NCBI GenBank assembly: GCA_965208675.1
Contig: OZ242351.1
Coordinates: 352,001-416,000 of the forward strand
From: Candidatus Poribacteria bacterium
GTDB taxonomy: Bacteria > Poribacteria > WGA-4E > PCPOR2b
Direction of reading: 5' to 3'
DNA length: 64,000 bases
Shown here piece after piece: positions 20,489-30,587 of the stretch. A program made the translations under genes and the position numbers. How positions within the stretch are numbered: position 1 is the first letter of the stretch; every line of letters begins with the position of its first letter. The notes under the pieces were generated by a model that saw nothing but the letters and a program-made list of their open reading frames with translations, searched no databases and had not been told where the DNA came from.

Positions 20489-21235
20489 GTGAAGTTAACG
20501 AACAGAGTTGCTGTGATTACCGGTGGGGCGACCGGTATTGGCGCGGCGACAGCCATCGGTTTTGCCCGTGCTGGCGCACGAGTGGTGGTTGGTGATATTA
20601 ACCTCGAAGATGGCGAAAAGACGGTTGCATCTATCCAATCCGACGGCGGCGCCGCGAGATTCGTTCGTACAGACGTTACGGTAGAATCCGAAATCGCTAA
20701 TTTGGTGAAGACTGCTGATCAAGCATTCGGGCGGCTGGATGTGTTGTTGACGTGCGCCGGTATACTGTGGAACCCCGACATTCGAGTTGATGCATTGGAT
20801 GAAACTGCCTTTGAATCTGTAATCAACGTGAATCTCAAAGGCACATTTCTTGCGGTTAAACACGTTGTACCAGTTATGGAGCGCACTGGCGGCGGCGTTG
20901 TGTTATGTGTTGCCTCCGGCGCAGGCGTTACGGGTGGAAGTTCATCGGTGTCGTACGGCTCCAGCAAAGGTGGAGTGCACGGTCTGGTACTTACAATCAC
21001 CCCACAATTGGCACTGCTGAATATTAGGGTGCACACTGTCTGCCCCGGCGGCATCAAGACCCCCCTGAAACTTAGCCAAATTGTTGCATCTGCTGAGCGG
21101 GCAGGCGAATCCCCGGAAACTGCCGTTGAGGGCGCCCTCCCGTCATTAGGGGAACCGTCCGGTGTTGCACGTGTACTCACCTTTTTAGCGTCTGATGATG
21201 CCTCGTATGTAAGAGGCACAATCTACACGCGATAA
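20489..21235 (+). CDS. SDR family oxidoreductase
   Basis: TGGATGIG and YGSSK motifs. Confidence 0.9.
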   Translation: MKLTNRVAVITGGATGIGAATAIGFARAGARVVVGDINLEDGEKTVASIQSDGGAARFVRTDVTVESEIANLVKTADQAFGRLDVLLTCAGILWNPDIRVDALDETAFESVINVNLKGTFLAVKHVVPVMERTGGGVVLCVASGAGVTGGSSSVSYGSSKGGVHGLVLTITPQLALLNIRVHTVCPGGIKTPLKLSQIVASAERAGESPETAVEGALPSLGEPSGVARVLTFLASDDASYVRGTIYTR

Positions 21236-21499
21236 AAATTCTGTGCCGCATGAAGTTGTTGTAACCCCATTGCTTCCATTCACTGCGCTTCTACTTGCAA
21301 TCTCGAATCGCCTGTACATCCAGCAGGTTATTCCGTTTTAAACCACTGCAGGATAATCCGTAAAAAATTAGGCGAGTAGTTCAAAAGTTGGATTTTATGC
21401 CGCTGGAGTGAAACCGGATTAGTGATTATTCGTATAAGAAGTTAAAGGGAAGAATATACCCGCTGTATTGAAATAAAATCTAAATAGGAGGAATATCTG

Positions 21500-21703
21500 A
21501 TGTTCAACGGTATTGAACTCTTTTTGGGCGTTATTTGCTCACTGATGGGTATTGCCGTAGGGTATGTGTTTCTTGTTACCTTCTTTGCAGGTCTCCAGTT
21601 AATCTCCAAGCATCAGTCAGAGAGCATAGCGAATGAAGATTCTTCATACTTGTTAAACATAGTGGACAGGTTCGCAAAATACATCCGAAAGCAGAAATCA
21701 TAG
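21500..21703 (+). CDS. small single-pass membrane protein
   Basis: Strong AGGAGG RBS; hydrophobic N-terminal half. Confidence 0.6.
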   Translation: MFNGIELFLGVICSLMGIAVGYVFLVTFFAGLQLISKHQSESIANEDSSYLLNIVDRFAKYIRKQKS

Positions 21704-21871
21704 ACGGCTTAATTCCTAATCATTACTATTAAGACTGATTAGAGGCTTGACACTTGCAATAGTCTTTTGATAATATGTGTTGAATAAGATCTCTGGTATC
21801 AGATGGTATGAAGAATAGATTTAGATTGGAGGCGTTGATTCTTCGTTCCCCTTTTTTGCTCGTGATGACGC

Positions 21872-22558
21872 ATGCGTTATAAGCAACTTCATCGGTGGGA
21901 TATCAGCCCAGAGGAGGCTCGCCGCATCCAGAATGAGTTGCGAAATCGGGTCGTTCGCGAAGATAGATTTGGCGACATCCGCTGGGTTGCCGGAGTAGAT
22001 CTCGGTTTTAATCAAGATGTTGCCCGCGCGTCCGTTGTTGTGCTAAACTTTCCAGATCTTCAACCGGTTGATGTCATAATTGCCGAGAGCCAAGTTCAAT
22101 TCCCTTACATCCCGGGACTGTTGTCCTATCGCGAAACCCCTCCGTTGTTAAAAGCCTTTGATCAGTTGAATACAGAACCGGATCTCATCATTGCGGACGG
22201 ACAAGGAATAGCGCATCCGAGACGATTTGGGATAGCATCACATCTTGGAGTAATCTTGGACAAACCGACGATTGGATGTGCAAAATCACGGTTGACCGGA
22301 AAGTACGGTGCGCTGCAAAGCGAAGCGGGATCGGTAGCGTATCTGCATGACAAGGATGAAATCATTGGCGCAGCAGTTCGCACTAGGGCTAACGTCAAGG
22401 AGGTTTACGTTTCGATTGGACATCGAGTCTCCTTGGATTCCGCAATCAACTTGACTTTAGCGTGCTGCCGGAAATTCAGACTGCCGGAAACAACGCGATT
22501 CGCGCATAATGCGGCGTCTGGGAAAATTCGAATTCAGAAAAGAGACTCAACGCCCTAG
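21872..22558 (+). CDS. nfi: endonuclease V
   Basis: FPYIPGLLSYRE, DGQGIAHPRRFGIASHLG, GCAKS, RLPE. Confidence 0.95.
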   Translation: MRYKQLHRWDISPEEARRIQNELRNRVVREDRFGDIRWVAGVDLGFNQDVARASVVVLNFPDLQPVDVIIAESQVQFPYIPGLLSYRETPPLLKAFDQLNTEPDLIIADGQGIAHPRRFGIASHLGVILDKPTIGCAKSRLTGKYGALQSEAGSVAYLHDKDEIIGAAVRTRANVKEVYVSIGHRVSLDSAINLTLACCRKFRLPETTRFAHNAASGKIRIQKRDSTP

Positions 22559-22611
22559 CAAATGCGTTCGTTTAATTATTCTTAGGTGTGTTCAGCGTAT
22601 TGGACAGGTAA

Positions 22612-23787
22612 ATGAACATATTTTCACAGCGTTTGCATCGGTTGCCGCCGTACATGTTTGGCAAACTCAAACAATTGACCCATGAAAGGCGGCAGCAGGG
22701 GGTTGACATCATTGATTTAGGGATGGGCAACCCGAACCAGCCAACACCGCAGCACATCGTAGACAAACTTTGCGAGGCGGCGCAGGAACCGCGTCACCAT
22801 CGCTATTCCTCTTCACGCGGAATATTTAATCTGCGGCGTGAAATCTCATGGCATTATGACCGGCGGTTTGGAGTCCAAATCGACCCGGATCAAGAGGCAA
22901 TTGCGGTGATCGGTACCAAAGAGGGATTTGCCCATCTTGCCTTAGCATTGATAGATGAGGGCGACCTTGCACTAGTTCCCAATCCGACCTTTCCCATCCA
23001 CATTTATAGCATTGTCCTAGCCGGTGGCAGCGTTGTTAGCCTTCCGCTGCGTGAAGAAAACCAGTTTGTGCCGAGTCTTGATGAGATTGCTAGAGACATC
23101 TGGCCGAGACCCAAGGCATTAATCCTGAGTTTTCCACATAATCCTACCGGAGCCGTCGTAGACCTCGCCTTTTTTGAGGAAATCGTTGATTTTGCCAAGA
23201 GGCAAGACATTATCGTAATACACGATCTTGCCTATGCCGACATCGTCTTTGACGGCTATGAAGCGCCGAGTTTTATGCAAGCCAAAGGCGCGAAGGACGT
23301 TGGCGTTGAATTTGTTTCCTTATCGAAATCTTACAATATGGCGGGGTGGCGTTGCGGATTCGCGGTCGGCAATCACGAGATTATTGGCGCATTGGCGAGG
23401 ATAAAGGGGTATTATGATTACGGAATTTTCGCGCCTATTCAAGTCGCGGGAATCATGGCATTGCGAACGCCTATGGATTTTCTCACAGAAAATGCAGAAA
23501 CATACCGCCGCCGGCGCGATGTTTTGGTAGAAGGATTAAACCGAATTGGTTGGAAAATGCAAAAACCGAAGGCTACCATGTTCGTATGGGCGCCGATTCC
23601 TGAACGGTTTCGCCATCTCAGTTCCATGGACTTTGCGATGAAACTCCTTGATGAGGCTGAAGTGTGTGTTTCTCCCGGAGCGGGATTCGGACAGAATGGT
23701 GAAGGGTATGTAAGGATTGCCCTGGTTGAAAATGAAGATCGCATCCGTCAAGCGGTTCGACAGATTCGCCGCAGTTTATTCAAATGA
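22612..23787 (+). CDS. class I/II PLP aminotransferase (AlaC/LL-DAP aminotransferase-like)
   Basis: DLGMGNP, FPHNPT, HDLAY, SLSKSYNMAGWR. Confidence 0.88.
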   Translation: MNIFSQRLHRLPPYMFGKLKQLTHERRQQGVDIIDLGMGNPNQPTPQHIVDKLCEAAQEPRHHRYSSSRGIFNLRREISWHYDRRFGVQIDPDQEAIAVIGTKEGFAHLALALIDEGDLALVPNPTFPIHIYSIVLAGGSVVSLPLREENQFVPSLDEIARDIWPRPKALILSFPHNPTGAVVDLAFFEEIVDFAKRQDIIVIHDLAYADIVFDGYEAPSFMQAKGAKDVGVEFVSLSKSYNMAGWRCGFAVGNHEIIGALARIKGYYDYGIFAPIQVAGIMALRTPMDFLTENAETYRRRRDVLVEGLNRIGWKMQKPKATMFVWAPIPERFRHLSSMDFAMKLLDEAEVCVSPGAGFGQNGEGYVRIALVENEDRIRQAVRQIRRSLFK

Positions 23788-23924
23788 CGCCATAACTGCA
23801 AGTCGGTGTGGGCGTAGGCTTGATAGAGGCATAGCCACAGTAGTAAATCGTTGCGATTTGTCAAGCAAGGCCGTGCGAAGCATTTGGACATGAGATTAAG
23901 TAACCATCGGGATATTAACCCACC

Positions 23925-25007
23925 TCAAAAAAGCCCTGAGATTGAAATCCGCTGCGAATCGCCAAGGTCATGGGCGTTGAAGGCGTAATCCGCAAATAAT
24001 TTCGCTTCCCCCAAAGGAATTTGAAGTCCGGCTCCCGCGGCGAGTTTATCCCCTTCCGCACCAATGCGCAGCGCAATGACGTTGAACATCCAGTATTCCA
24101 CACCGTAACGGAATATCAAATTGCCGCTAGAATCCTCATCGTCCTCAAGGTTCCGGCGGTTTGTTTCCAAATCTGCACCGAATGTCGCCGTGCCGATAAA
24201 AGGGAGCGCGATTTGGTATGAGGTGCCAAACCGCAGTCGCGGATCGCGCGTGAAACTTGGGCGAGTCAATGTGTCCCAACGAATCTGAGTGCCGGTGGCA
24301 TCCACTAGCGTTACGCCATGCCGAAGACCACGGTAAGGACCAAACAAAAAACCGAGATCTATCCCGAAGCCGTTTCCCGTGTTTTCAAAAATCGACTGTC
24401 TAAGCAGCTTTAGATTCGCGCCAAGTGCCACGCGTTGACCGACTTGGCGAGCGTACGAAATTAACACGGCATTGTCTGTATTACTGAACGTGCCTGCGAT
24501 GATTGGGAGATCAATGTATATTTCTCCGGCTTCTTTAATTTTATTGTTGTTCCTGTCGTCAAAATCTCCCAAGATCCCATTTCCGTTTTTGTCGACAAAT
24601 GTGGTGAGTGGGATGTCGTCAACGCCAAGTCGAATCCAACTAATGCCAATTGTCCCGATGTTTTCAAGCTGCTGAACATAATTTACAAAGTTATACTGCA
24701 CCAATCCCTTGTTGAGGAATCTCCCGCCTTCAATACCAAAGGATTCAGAATACATTGCAGAAAATGCGTGTTTTTCGATTTGGGCGAGCCCTGCGGGATT
24801 CCAGTAAGTTGCCGTCGCATCATCGGCGATTGAAACAAACATACTGCCCATCCCCAATGCACGTGCGCCAACGCCATGACTGAGAAACTCCGCCGCATGA
24901 CTTCCCTCCTCCGCCGCATCCACGCTTATGAATGCTATCAGATTCCCGAATAATAGTGCGAACAACAAGTAAACTACGTACTTTTGATAACAAGGTAAGA
25001 TGCGCAT
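23925..25007 (-). CDS. PorV/PorQ-family outer-membrane protein
   Basis: GARALGMG...ADDATATYWNPAGL; terminal DYAF...RISISGLF. Confidence 0.8.
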   Translation of the reverse strand: MRILPCYQKYVVYLLFALLFGNLIAFISVDAAEEGSHAAEFLSHGVGARALGMGSMFVSIADDATATYWNPAGLAQIEKHAFSAMYSESFGIEGGRFLNKGLVQYNFVNYVQQLENIGTIGISWIRLGVDDIPLTTFVDKNGNGILGDFDDRNNNKIKEAGEIYIDLPIIAGTFSNTDNAVLISYARQVGQRVALGANLKLLRQSIFENTGNGFGIDLGFLFGPYRGLRHGVTLVDATGTQIRWDTLTRPSFTRDPRLRFGTSYQIALPFIGTATFGADLETNRRNLEDDEDSSGNLIFRYGVEYWMFNVIALRIGAEGDKLAAGAGLQIPLGEAKLFADYAFNAHDLGDSQRISISGLF

Positions 25008-25154
25008 TAGAATTTTTTTTGCGCCTCCGTCTGGATAATCGGCAATTCAGGTGTGTTTCAATTCTCAATTATAGTTGCCATGGCTTAATTGAATCTTCAT
25101 AAATTAAAATAAGCAGCGATGCCAATTTCGCTCATAGTCCCAAGCTCGCCGCAT

Positions 25155-26660
25155 TCAACTGAGTTTCAGAACGGTATGCCCATACTCAAATGCGCCGGGT
25201 GAAGAGCCGTTGAACACTTTGGCTTCGAGTCCCCAAGCAATTTTGTAAGCGGCAAGAATCGGGACAAGCGAGTTAGAAACGTCACCGTATGAAAGTACCG
25301 CAACGGTTCCACCTCCCCCGCCCGCGGTAATTCTAGCGCCGTATAATCCGCCCGATAGGCCAATTTTTCGCACCGATTGCACAATCTGTTCAATTTGAGG
25401 GGATCCCAGTCCCACTCGCGACCGGTAACTCCAGTTCGAATCGTACATGAGTTTTCCGGCTTGCTTCAAGCACGCTTGAGTTTTTGTGGGAAATTCGTTT
25501 GATTTTTTCAGATGGTCGATAAATTTCTTTACCCGTGCGTGTTCATAAATCGGATGTTCAACGCGGCTTCGAATTCGATAATTCTTTTTAGCATCTACAT
25601 GAGTGAAATTATCCACAGTTTCGCCGTACCGGTTCAGGAAATCTCTACCTTTCATCTCTACAGGCAGGATTTTCCAACCCTTCTCCCGAAATTTCTCCAC
25701 GGTGAGTCTGCATAAATAGTTTTCTCGCAGCTCCTTCAGTTTCAACTCCTTTTGAAGAATTGTCAATCCCATAAACGCCGCCGTTCGTGCATCAATATAC
25801 GCCAAACTTGACGTATTCCGCTTTGCCCCGCTGTGAATGCCAATTAATTTTACATTTGGAGGTAGCGGTACAGATTCGAGAACTTGATCGGGCTGGCATA
25901 GTATCGAAAGAACCTTGTCCCTTCGTCCTGATGCAGCCGAGATTCCAACCGCGATGCTGCGCGGCGTTCCAACAATCTGGTTTTCTACAATCTGTCCAAG
26001 ACGCGCAATTTCGTGGGCGTTGAGATTTAGTCCATACAAATGACTAATTGCGCACAGCATAGCAACTTTAATGGCAGCAGACGCCCCCATCCCAGCGCCG
26101 ACTGGAATGTTACTTCGGACAACCAGGGTAGCACCGTGAGGAAAAGCGTCGACTTTCTTCTCTTTAAGAAGCACAAAAAAGCTGCTGAGAACATATCCTG
26201 CCCACGGTGCATTGGGATTGCGCGCAAAGAGTTGATTTGCCTCAATATAGGATTTGAGCGTTCCATTTGTGTAAAAGTCGTCAAGAGAGATCTGAAAGCT
26301 ACGATAATGATTGGATCTTTCAGTGACATACGTCAGTGACTTCAGTAACCTATCTTTTCTCGCCTGACAACCCGCTACCACAGCAGGTTCAATCGTCGCC
26401 TGAAAAACGTTAGCGCCGCAATAGTCAGCGATGCCCCCCATCACATCGAGTCGTCCCGGTGCTCTAGCGATATAAATTGTCCCCGACTTTTCAAAACCAA
26501 ATTCACCATAAATCTGGTGGTCCTCGTGGCGAAGCATTGATTCAAATTCAAGCACATCATTAGGTTTGTTTCTTGGACCGAAAGTTTGCTCGATTTCGAT
26601 GGGCTTCCTAATCTCCTTCGGATCCGGGTAGACATCCATAAGATACCAGCAACATTTCAA
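25155..26660 (-). CDS. GHMP kinase homolog (galactokinase/L-arabinokinase-like) with degenerate catalytic motifs
   Basis: APGRLDVMGGIADY, PVGAGMGASAA, GARITAGGGGGTV; canonical CG-x-MDQ absent. Confidence 0.8.
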   Translation of the reverse strand: MKCCWYLMDVYPDPKEIRKPIEIEQTFGPRNKPNDVLEFESMLRHEDHQIYGEFGFEKSGTIYIARAPGRLDVMGGIADYCGANVFQATIEPAVVAGCQARKDRLLKSLTYVTERSNHYRSFQISLDDFYTNGTLKSYIEANQLFARNPNAPWAGYVLSSFFVLLKEKKVDAFPHGATLVVRSNIPVGAGMGASAAIKVAMLCAISHLYGLNLNAHEIARLGQIVENQIVGTPRSIAVGISAASGRRDKVLSILCQPDQVLESVPLPPNVKLIGIHSGAKRNTSSLAYIDARTAAFMGLTILQKELKLKELRENYLCRLTVEKFREKGWKILPVEMKGRDFLNRYGETVDNFTHVDAKKNYRIRSRVEHPIYEHARVKKFIDHLKKSNEFPTKTQACLKQAGKLMYDSNWSYRSRVGLGSPQIEQIVQSVRKIGLSGGLYGARITAGGGGGTVAVLSYGDVSNSLVPILAAYKIAWGLEAKVFNGSSPGAFEYGHTVLKLS

Positions 26661-26754
26661 CCACTGTAGTATCGGGAATTGCGATTGGATTAAAATCGAA
26701 AAATCGATCTTTGAAAAGTTCCATTGCAGCGTTCAAAATCCGGTGTGATTCACG

Positions 26755-28359
26755 CTATGGATTTACTACTTTGACAGTTTCACCATCTTTTAGAGAATGC
26801 TGGCCAGCAACAACAACTTGTTCTTCATCGGAGATACCCGTAGCGATTTCAATAATGGGACCTTGGGATAAGCCAAATTCAACCTGCCTTCGTTCACTGA
26901 ATCCGTCATCAACAACAAAGACGCTCCGGACGTTTCTCGCACTATCCTCAATAACCGCGGACCTGGGGATAAGTATTGCGTTATCATGTACTGCAACGGT
27001 AATAGTCACCTTTGCAAACATACCCGGTTTAAGCTTCATCGACGAGTTATCAATTGTAAACTCCACCCGCGCTGATCGGCTGCTCGGTTCAAGTGTTGGG
27101 CTGATGAATGTGACTTTCCCAACCACCGGATCGGAAAGGGCGTCGACCTGAACCCTTCCTTGGCCGTTAGGGTCAAGCTTGTTCAAGTCAGATTCAATTA
27201 CGCTGATTACCGCTTTCACGGTATCCATATCAACAATATCAAAGATTGGCGCGCTCGGTGTAGCCATGCCGCCGAGATCGAGGTAGCGATTCGACACTGT
27301 ACCGGAAATTGGCGCTGAAATTGTCGCATCATCAAGCCGCACATTGGCAAGGTCAAGGGTAGCTTTTGCCCGTATCATTGCGGTTTCTACAGCGATAATC
27401 TCAGCTTCCCAACTTTTTGCGGTTTCTAGTGCTTTTGCGCTCGCAAGTGCGGCTCTTGCCGCTTCAACTTGCGATTCCGCTAGCGCTTTATCCTTCTCCC
27501 ATGTTTTCGTTTCGGCTTGGGCGCGTGCAACCTTGAGCAACGCTTCCGCGCCCTCGACTTGGGCTTCCATCGAACGGATGTCCTCTTCTCGCGCACCATT
27601 TTCGATGAGCCGCATCTGTTCTACGGCGACATCATACTGCGCATTTGCAACATCTAGCTGTGTTTGTGAACTCTCAAAGGACTGTGCACTGATTGCGCCG
27701 GTTTCAAAGAGTCTTTTCATGCGATTGAAATTACTTTTGGCATTTGCCAGGTTAGCGTCCGCTTGGTTGACAGATGCTTGCGCCTGATTTCGATCTTCAT
27801 CACGCGCCCCGCGTTTAATCTTTTCAAGGTTGGCTTGAAGTGAATGTAAACTGGCTTCCGCTTGTTCGGTTTGCGACATGGTGCGCATTTGAGCCAGATC
27901 CAAAACCTGCTGAAGTGAAGTTTCCGCGCCAGCGAGCTGAGCACGTGCTTGAGCAACCTGCGAATCAACCCTTACTTTGGCAAGCTTTTTCGCTTGATCA
28001 TGCGCGGTTTCGGCCGCCTGGTAAGCCGCCTCCGCTTGGCGCAATTGGAGCTTGAGTGTTTCATGTTCAATGATTGCTAAGGTATCTCCTTTTCGCACTC
28101 GGATGCCTTCGTCAACACGCATCACAATAACTTTACCGGCGATTTCGGGAAAAACCGTTACGTTCGAGTTAGCTTCTATAGTTCCGGACAACTTCAACTC
28201 TTGTCGTATTTCGCCACGCCTAGCCTTTATGACCTCAACCGGTTTGGCGGGCGAAGCGGCTACTTCGGTCGGTTTTGTGCGCTGATTGATAACGAATCTT
28301 AGTGTAATTGCCACAAAGAACACCAAAATAACGGTCGCGATAATCATTACTCTTCTCAA
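26755..28359 (-). CDS. efflux RND transporter periplasmic adaptor with a long coiled-coil hairpin
   Basis: N-terminal TM, V-x-EG-x-x-V-x-KGD lipoyl half-motif, APISG, LKPGMFA. Confidence 0.9.
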   Translation of the reverse strand: MRRVMIIATVILVFFVAITLRFVINQRTKPTEVAASPAKPVEVIKARRGEIRQELKLSGTIEANSNVTVFPEIAGKVIVMRVDEGIRVRKGDTLAIIEHETLKLQLRQAEAAYQAAETAHDQAKKLAKVRVDSQVAQARAQLAGAETSLQQVLDLAQMRTMSQTEQAEASLHSLQANLEKIKRGARDEDRNQAQASVNQADANLANAKSNFNRMKRLFETGAISAQSFESSQTQLDVANAQYDVAVEQMRLIENGAREEDIRSMEAQVEGAEALLKVARAQAETKTWEKDKALAESQVEAARAALASAKALETAKSWEAEIIAVETAMIRAKATLDLANVRLDDATISAPISGTVSNRYLDLGGMATPSAPIFDIVDMDTVKAVISVIESDLNKLDPNGQGRVQVDALSDPVVGKVTFISPTLEPSSRSARVEFTIDNSSMKLKPGMFAKVTITVAVHDNAILIPRSAVIEDSARNVRSVFVVDDGFSERRQVEFGLSQGPIIEIATGISDEEQVVVAGQHSLKDGETVKVVNP

Positions 28360-28593
28360 CTTGATATCTCCGTCAATGTAATAATTTAAATTTCACACAG
28401 TGCAACGTTTAATGTCAATTCTTATATTGATCTGTCATCAGAAAACACTACGCCGACGCTTATAATCTTAGCGGCAACAATGGAAAATGGACTTGTTATC
28501 GGGCAATCGTGCCACACGCGGAATTTACCGTTTTAATACAAACACAAATGTGGAATTCACAATGACATTACGATTGTGAGTTGCAACTAACAA

Positions 28594-29982
28594 CTAGCCA
28601 TCCAACTTTTGCCCGGTAGCCTTTTCCAATTTTTTTAACCCAACCACATAATCATACAATGATTGGAGGCGATTGACCTCGGCCTGTGTCAGGGCAAGCT
28701 GAGCGTCGGTGAATTCAACGCTCGTGATTATGCCGTTTTCGTAGCGTAAGTTAGCAATTCGCAAACTTTCCCGCGCCTGCTCAACTGTATTCTTCTGGAC
28801 CTCGATTAATGCTTTCGCTTCAACCAAGTTCAGGTAGGCGGACCTAACCTCAAACTCAATGCCGTCAATCATTTGGTGCTTGCCAAGCTGCGCCTGCCTC
28901 AATGCTGTCTCGGATTCCTGAACCGCGGCTTTGGTCGCAAAGCCATCGAAGATAGGCAAGTTTAGCGAGAAACCGAGATTCCAAATGCGGTTCATCTCCC
29001 TCAATCTCTCATTATCATCCACCTGATAGTTCGCAAAAAAGGAGATATCGGGTCGGCTGCCTGTTTTTGCAACAGCGACACGTTTCTGATTTGCCTGTTC
29101 ATTGAAACCAAATTGATGAATCTCAGGTCGGTGTGTTTTCGCCGTTAGTATTAATGTTTCAAGGTCGAGTTCTACGTTTGGTGCATCGAAATCGCCTTTT
29201 ACGTTTACAATTTCAGTGAGATTAATGTTCAGGATGTTTTTATATGCATTCTTCGCGGTTCTTGCGGTATTTTGTGTGCGTATTAACTGAGACTTTGCGT
29301 TAGCCAGCTGCACCTCTGCGCGCAGGACGTCAAATTTTGTTGCAGCCCCTGAATCGAACAGATTTCGCGCAATTTGAAGCTGTTTCTCCACTAAATCGAC
29401 AGTCTGTTGAGATACCTTTACAAATTCTACGGCAAGTAGAACGCCGTAAAAGGCTTCAGAAACGTCTAATGCAAGTTGATTGTGTGCAGCTTCTAGCTCT
29501 TTTCTCACGCCGAACAAATTCAACTTTGCACTCTGGTAGTTGTAATAGTATCGCCCCCAGGCGAAAATCGGTTGTCTTAAGGCAGCTTCGCCGCGAACAT
29601 TTTGGTGGGCTCCAAACTCCAACTCAAAAACATCTGATGCATCATCGTTTTCTTCAACACCTTGGGATGGCAGGAAATTCCCTGCACCCGGAAGACCAAA
29701 ACCACCTGTCTGAATCACAGATTTAGCAAGATTTGGGGTATAAGTGTAACTACTAGTAATTGCAACGTTTGGCAACAAACCTGCGCGAGCGGCGCGCACC
29801 GACGCCTCGGCGGATTTCACACGCTCCTGAACGGATTGACTTGAAAGATTTGACTGTTTTGCGAGTTCAATACTTTCTTCTAAGGTCAAAGTTTTTGCCG
29901 CATGGACTTGCGAGATGGAGCTGTACATAATCAGCAGAACAATTCCTAAGTTAAGACTCAGTGGGCGTTTTGAAAAATACAT
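28594..29982 (-). CDS. TolC family outer-membrane efflux protein
   Basis: GGAGG before ATG 29982; two OEP repeats (QPIFAWG, LPIFDGF; LFDSG, RYENG). Confidence 0.9.
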   Translation of the reverse strand: MYFSKRPLSLNLGIVLLIMYSSISQVHAAKTLTLEESIELAKQSNLSSQSVQERVKSAEASVRAARAGLLPNVAITSSYTYTPNLAKSVIQTGGFGLPGAGNFLPSQGVEENDDASDVFELEFGAHQNVRGEAALRQPIFAWGRYYYNYQSAKLNLFGVRKELEAAHNQLALDVSEAFYGVLLAVEFVKVSQQTVDLVEKQLQIARNLFDSGAATKFDVLRAEVQLANAKSQLIRTQNTARTAKNAYKNILNINLTEIVNVKGDFDAPNVELDLETLILTAKTHRPEIHQFGFNEQANQKRVAVAKTGSRPDISFFANYQVDDNERLREMNRIWNLGFSLNLPIFDGFATKAAVQESETALRQAQLGKHQMIDGIEFEVRSAYLNLVEAKALIEVQKNTVEQARESLRIANLRYENGIITSVEFTDAQLALTQAEVNRLQSLYDYVVGLKKLEKATGQKLDG

Positions 29983-30587
29983 CCAAATCCTCCGATAAAT
30001 ATGTATCGCATCACGGTAAGTGGCTTCAATTGGATTAGAATTGAGTAACAGGACTATGCCCACGGCTCGCTCTGAAGATTTAATCTCTTTGTTAGATTAC
30101 GGGTTAAAATTGCTGGGTGCACGGTTGAATATGCTCACATTCCTTTCGTGAATCAAACAATACGGAATTCGCTCGCAAGCTGCCGCTAGATAGCGTACAA
30201 TTGATGCGTTTGGTTTCCCAAAACGGTGCCGTCGTGGTAAATCTTGGGGTCGGTTTGAGTTCAGAGGATGCTGTCATGCTGGAGATTATTACAAACGGCT
30301 GTAAGGCGGTGCTCATCGGTCGGACAGAACATAATCCGCCGCCGGTAGGCGCTTTTTCAGATATCAGGTAATTTAACGAACTGCGTTACGCGCACTGCAC
30401 AATCAGTCCATTCGTAGGAATGCACGCCGTCGCGGGTGAGCGAAATCTGGCTTTTCGATAGTGCAATTTCTTAAGCAGGACAACTGCTCATTTATCATCC
30501 TTCCAATTTCGTTTGCATTGTAGGCGCGGCGGGCGAATGTTGGCTCATTAAGGCGTTCCGACGGTAGTGATTCAGGTAAATTCGCAA

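Noticed and set aside
21323-21361. 14-bp imperfect direct repeat GCAGG(T/A)TA(T/A)TCCGT
   Set aside because: Only two copies with mismatches and no linked regulator.
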